From Heptranchias perlo (taxonomy: Eukaryota): DNA of 64,000 bases. The position numbers and the translations under genes were made by a program. This document shows positions 61,776-64,000 of the stretch, piece after piece. The notes below the pieces were generated by a model. It was not told the DNA's origin. It ran no database searches and saw only the letters and a program-made list of their open reading frames with translations. Location: NCBI RefSeq assembly GCF_035084215.1, contig NC_090357.1, positions 12,152,001-12,216,000 on the forward strand. The letters are read 5' to 3'. Numbering within the stretch: the stretch's first letter is position 1; each line of letters begins with the position of its first letter.

Positions 61776-62836
61776 GGGGCAGAACGTACTCAGCTCACGC
61801 GCCGTTCCTCAATGGCGTCCTGTCCAACCGCCGTCAAATCCCTCGGAGCACGTTCGCACATACGCATTAAAGCCCCGAAATCGCGAACTTGCTCCGATTG
61901 GTTCACCGGCGTTTTGACAGTTACGAACTAAAGGGCCACCTACGCAACAATCAATACAATCAGCAAACATCCGTAAACTTACCCATCTGCCCAGCTGGAA
62001 CGAAGATACTTATGCCTTGAGAAGGTATGCTTGAAAATACCAGCCCTACACTACTTTTTAAAAGCGCGGAGACTTATCATGACTGCAAAACAACAACAAA
62101 TAAATTTTTAAAATGTGGAATGTCTAATTATTCTTATTTTAATATTTTTTGATCATTAAAAACATTTTTTTTTACTTTTAATTCCTGTACGTTTTAGTAC
62201 GTTATAAATTATTTCCTTGCCTTTTTTATAACAAGGTATGTTACTAACATAGGGAATGTCACTTTAAATGAATGAGTATTACTTGCCTGCTTGTGGGCGG
62301 GGCTTGCATTCCCACAGTCTTTGCATGCGCACATGGCCTGCGTTGATCTCTGAGCGCACACGGCCTGCGCTGATCTCTGAGCGCACACGGCCTGCGTTGA
62401 TCTCGGAGCGCACACGGCCTGCGTTGATCTCTGAGCGCACACGGCCTGCGCTGATCTCTGAGCGCACACGGCCTGCGCTGATCTCTGAGCGCACACGGCC
62501 TGCGCTGATCTCTGAGCGCACACGGCCTGCGCTGATCTCTGAGCGCACACGGCCTGCGCTGATCTCTGAGCGCACACGGCCTGCGCTGATCTCTGAGCGC
62601 ACACGGCCTGCGCTGATCTCTGAGCGCACACGGCCTGCGCTGATCTCTGAGCGCACACGGCCGGTGCTGATCTCTGAGCGCACACGGCCGGCGCTGATCT
62701 TGGAGCGCACCACTGGAGAAGATTTCAAAATTCAGCAAATGGACGTCGTGGCCTACACAGTGAGTATATTCATATTTTTTTTATTAGCAGGATATGCGGA
62801 GAGCCTTGCCACGCCGGTCGGAGCAAGTTCTGGTCC
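61776..62836. mobile_element. MITE, Harbinger-like, containing an expanded minisatellite
   Basis: Imperfect TIRs GGGGCAGAACGTACTC / GAGCAAGTTCTGGTCC. CpG-rich subtermini and an internal GAACTTGCTCCG copy. Confidence 0.65.
62327..62710. repeat. 27-bp CpG-rich minisatellite, 14 units
   Basis: Consensus GCGCACACGGCCTGCGCTGATCTCTGA. 62327-62704 equals 14 x 27 bp, plus a partial unit. Confidence 0.97.
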
Positions 62837-63214
62837 AATATTTCCTGAATTACGGTATTTTCATTTTAACAAGGAACCACCTTCTCGCAGAAAAAAATAC
62901 ATTCTGTGCTTATTATGAGATTCCTTTTCTCATGGATAGTTATAACTCCCCTCATTTTGAAAGTTTAGCAGTATTTCATCGATAGAGAAAAGGGTCAATG
63001 TGGCACATGTTAATTGTATGATTTATATCAATGAGTGTTAATTGTATTCAGGTGGTGAGTATCAATTGGGGACTCTCTTGTTACCTTTTTATAGGAGAGC
63101 TCATCTAGCGTGTGGTGTGTGTGTAAGGGGTACCTCTATGAATAAAGGCATGAAAACAACCGAAAACCAGGCTCTAGTATTCTATCCTTTGCCACGTGGC
63201 TATCCAATTATAAC

Positions 63215-63610
63215 AGCACAGTGGTAGCACTCTCACCTCTGAGCCACAAGGTTATGAGTGTAACCCCACCCCAGGACTTGAACACATAGTCTAGGCTGAT
63301 ACTTCAGTACAGTATTGAGGGAGGTGCAGCCTTTTGGATAAGAGGATAAACTAACGTCCCTGTTGAGGTGGATGTCAAGGATCTCAGGCACTGTTTGAAG
63401 CAGAGCAGGGGATTTCACCTGGTGTCCTGGCCAACATTTATCCCCTCAGCAAAACCACTAAAATCAGATTAACTGGTCATTTATCTCATTGCTCTTCCTG
63501 GGACCTTGACGCGTAGGTCTCCATAACAGACACCACACTGCAAAAAATATATAATTTTCTATAAAGCCCTTTGTGACATCCTGAGGACCATTATTAAATG
63601 CAATTTCATT
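63215..63610 (+). mobile_element. DeuSINE-like (SacSINE1-like) tRNA-derived SINE
   Basis: CAGTGGTAGCACTCTCACCTCTGAG head and the Deu-domain-like block AGGTGGATGTCAAGGATC...GAGCAGGGG...GGTGTCCTGGCCAACATTTATCCC, followed by a decayed L2-type tail. Confidence 0.72.
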
Positions 63611-64000
63611 CATTTGCACATAACCTTTATAAGAAGCTAAAATGTCTTAAATAGAGGAAGTATTGGTACATAATGAACATGGTGCATTTGGTGCAATAGG
63701 TTCGCAATAATTGCATTTTTAAGAAAATGCCCAACTGTGTTATTATGTATCTACTGCTGTCCATTCTAAATACCACCCTGTGATTCTGCAAAGAGATTCC
63801 AGTAATAAATACCTAGAAATACTGCTCTGGCAGTACAAGGGTGTGACTAAGAACTTTGTTTTTTTCCCTTCTGATTAACTTTTGTTTTATGACTGGCAAT
63901 ATTTTTGAAAGTTCTTTCTAATTTGCTCATGACCTTTCCTGAACTGAATGATTAACATTTTCAGGGGCTAGCTGCGACTAGAAATGGCAGTGTTTCATCT

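Noticed and set aside
62327-62710. CRISPR-like array
   Set aside because: The units are head-to-tail with no unique spacers, there are no cas genes, and the context is vertebrate.
62209-62918. Four long ORFs (149-216 aa) with 9-aa repeats
   Set aside because: They arise from a 27-bp unit that is stop-free in several frames on both strands. There is no protein-like context.

Overview
Eukaryotic, AT-rich, repeat-dense vertebrate DNA. The repeat complement (HER1-type CR1 LINEs, a SacSINE1-like DeuSINE, Penelope and Harbinger families) points to a cartilaginous fish, which is an inference. The only host coding sequence I can support is one 185-nt internal exon of SNX19 (sorting nexin 19, C-terminal Nexin_C/PXC region) at 55105-55289 on the + strand, so the rest of the window is most likely intron. 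It holds about 10 CR1 fragments, 2 invertebrate-like CR1 (Zenon-like) copies with a partner SINE, L2 fragments, several old tRNA-derived SINEs, a deleted two-gene PIF/Harbinger element, a fossil Harbinger transposase, several MITEs and a 27-bp minisatellite. The most notable feature is a set of eight very short Penelope-derived insertions with target-site duplications, from a family that carries a minimal hammerhead-ribozyme motif (complete in three copies). Three are near-perfect hairpins with 70-85-bp arms that fold back at the same nucleotide of the ribozyme core around an equivalent 6-nt loop. All calls come from reading the sequence by eye. No database search was run, and boundaries of old repeats are approximate.
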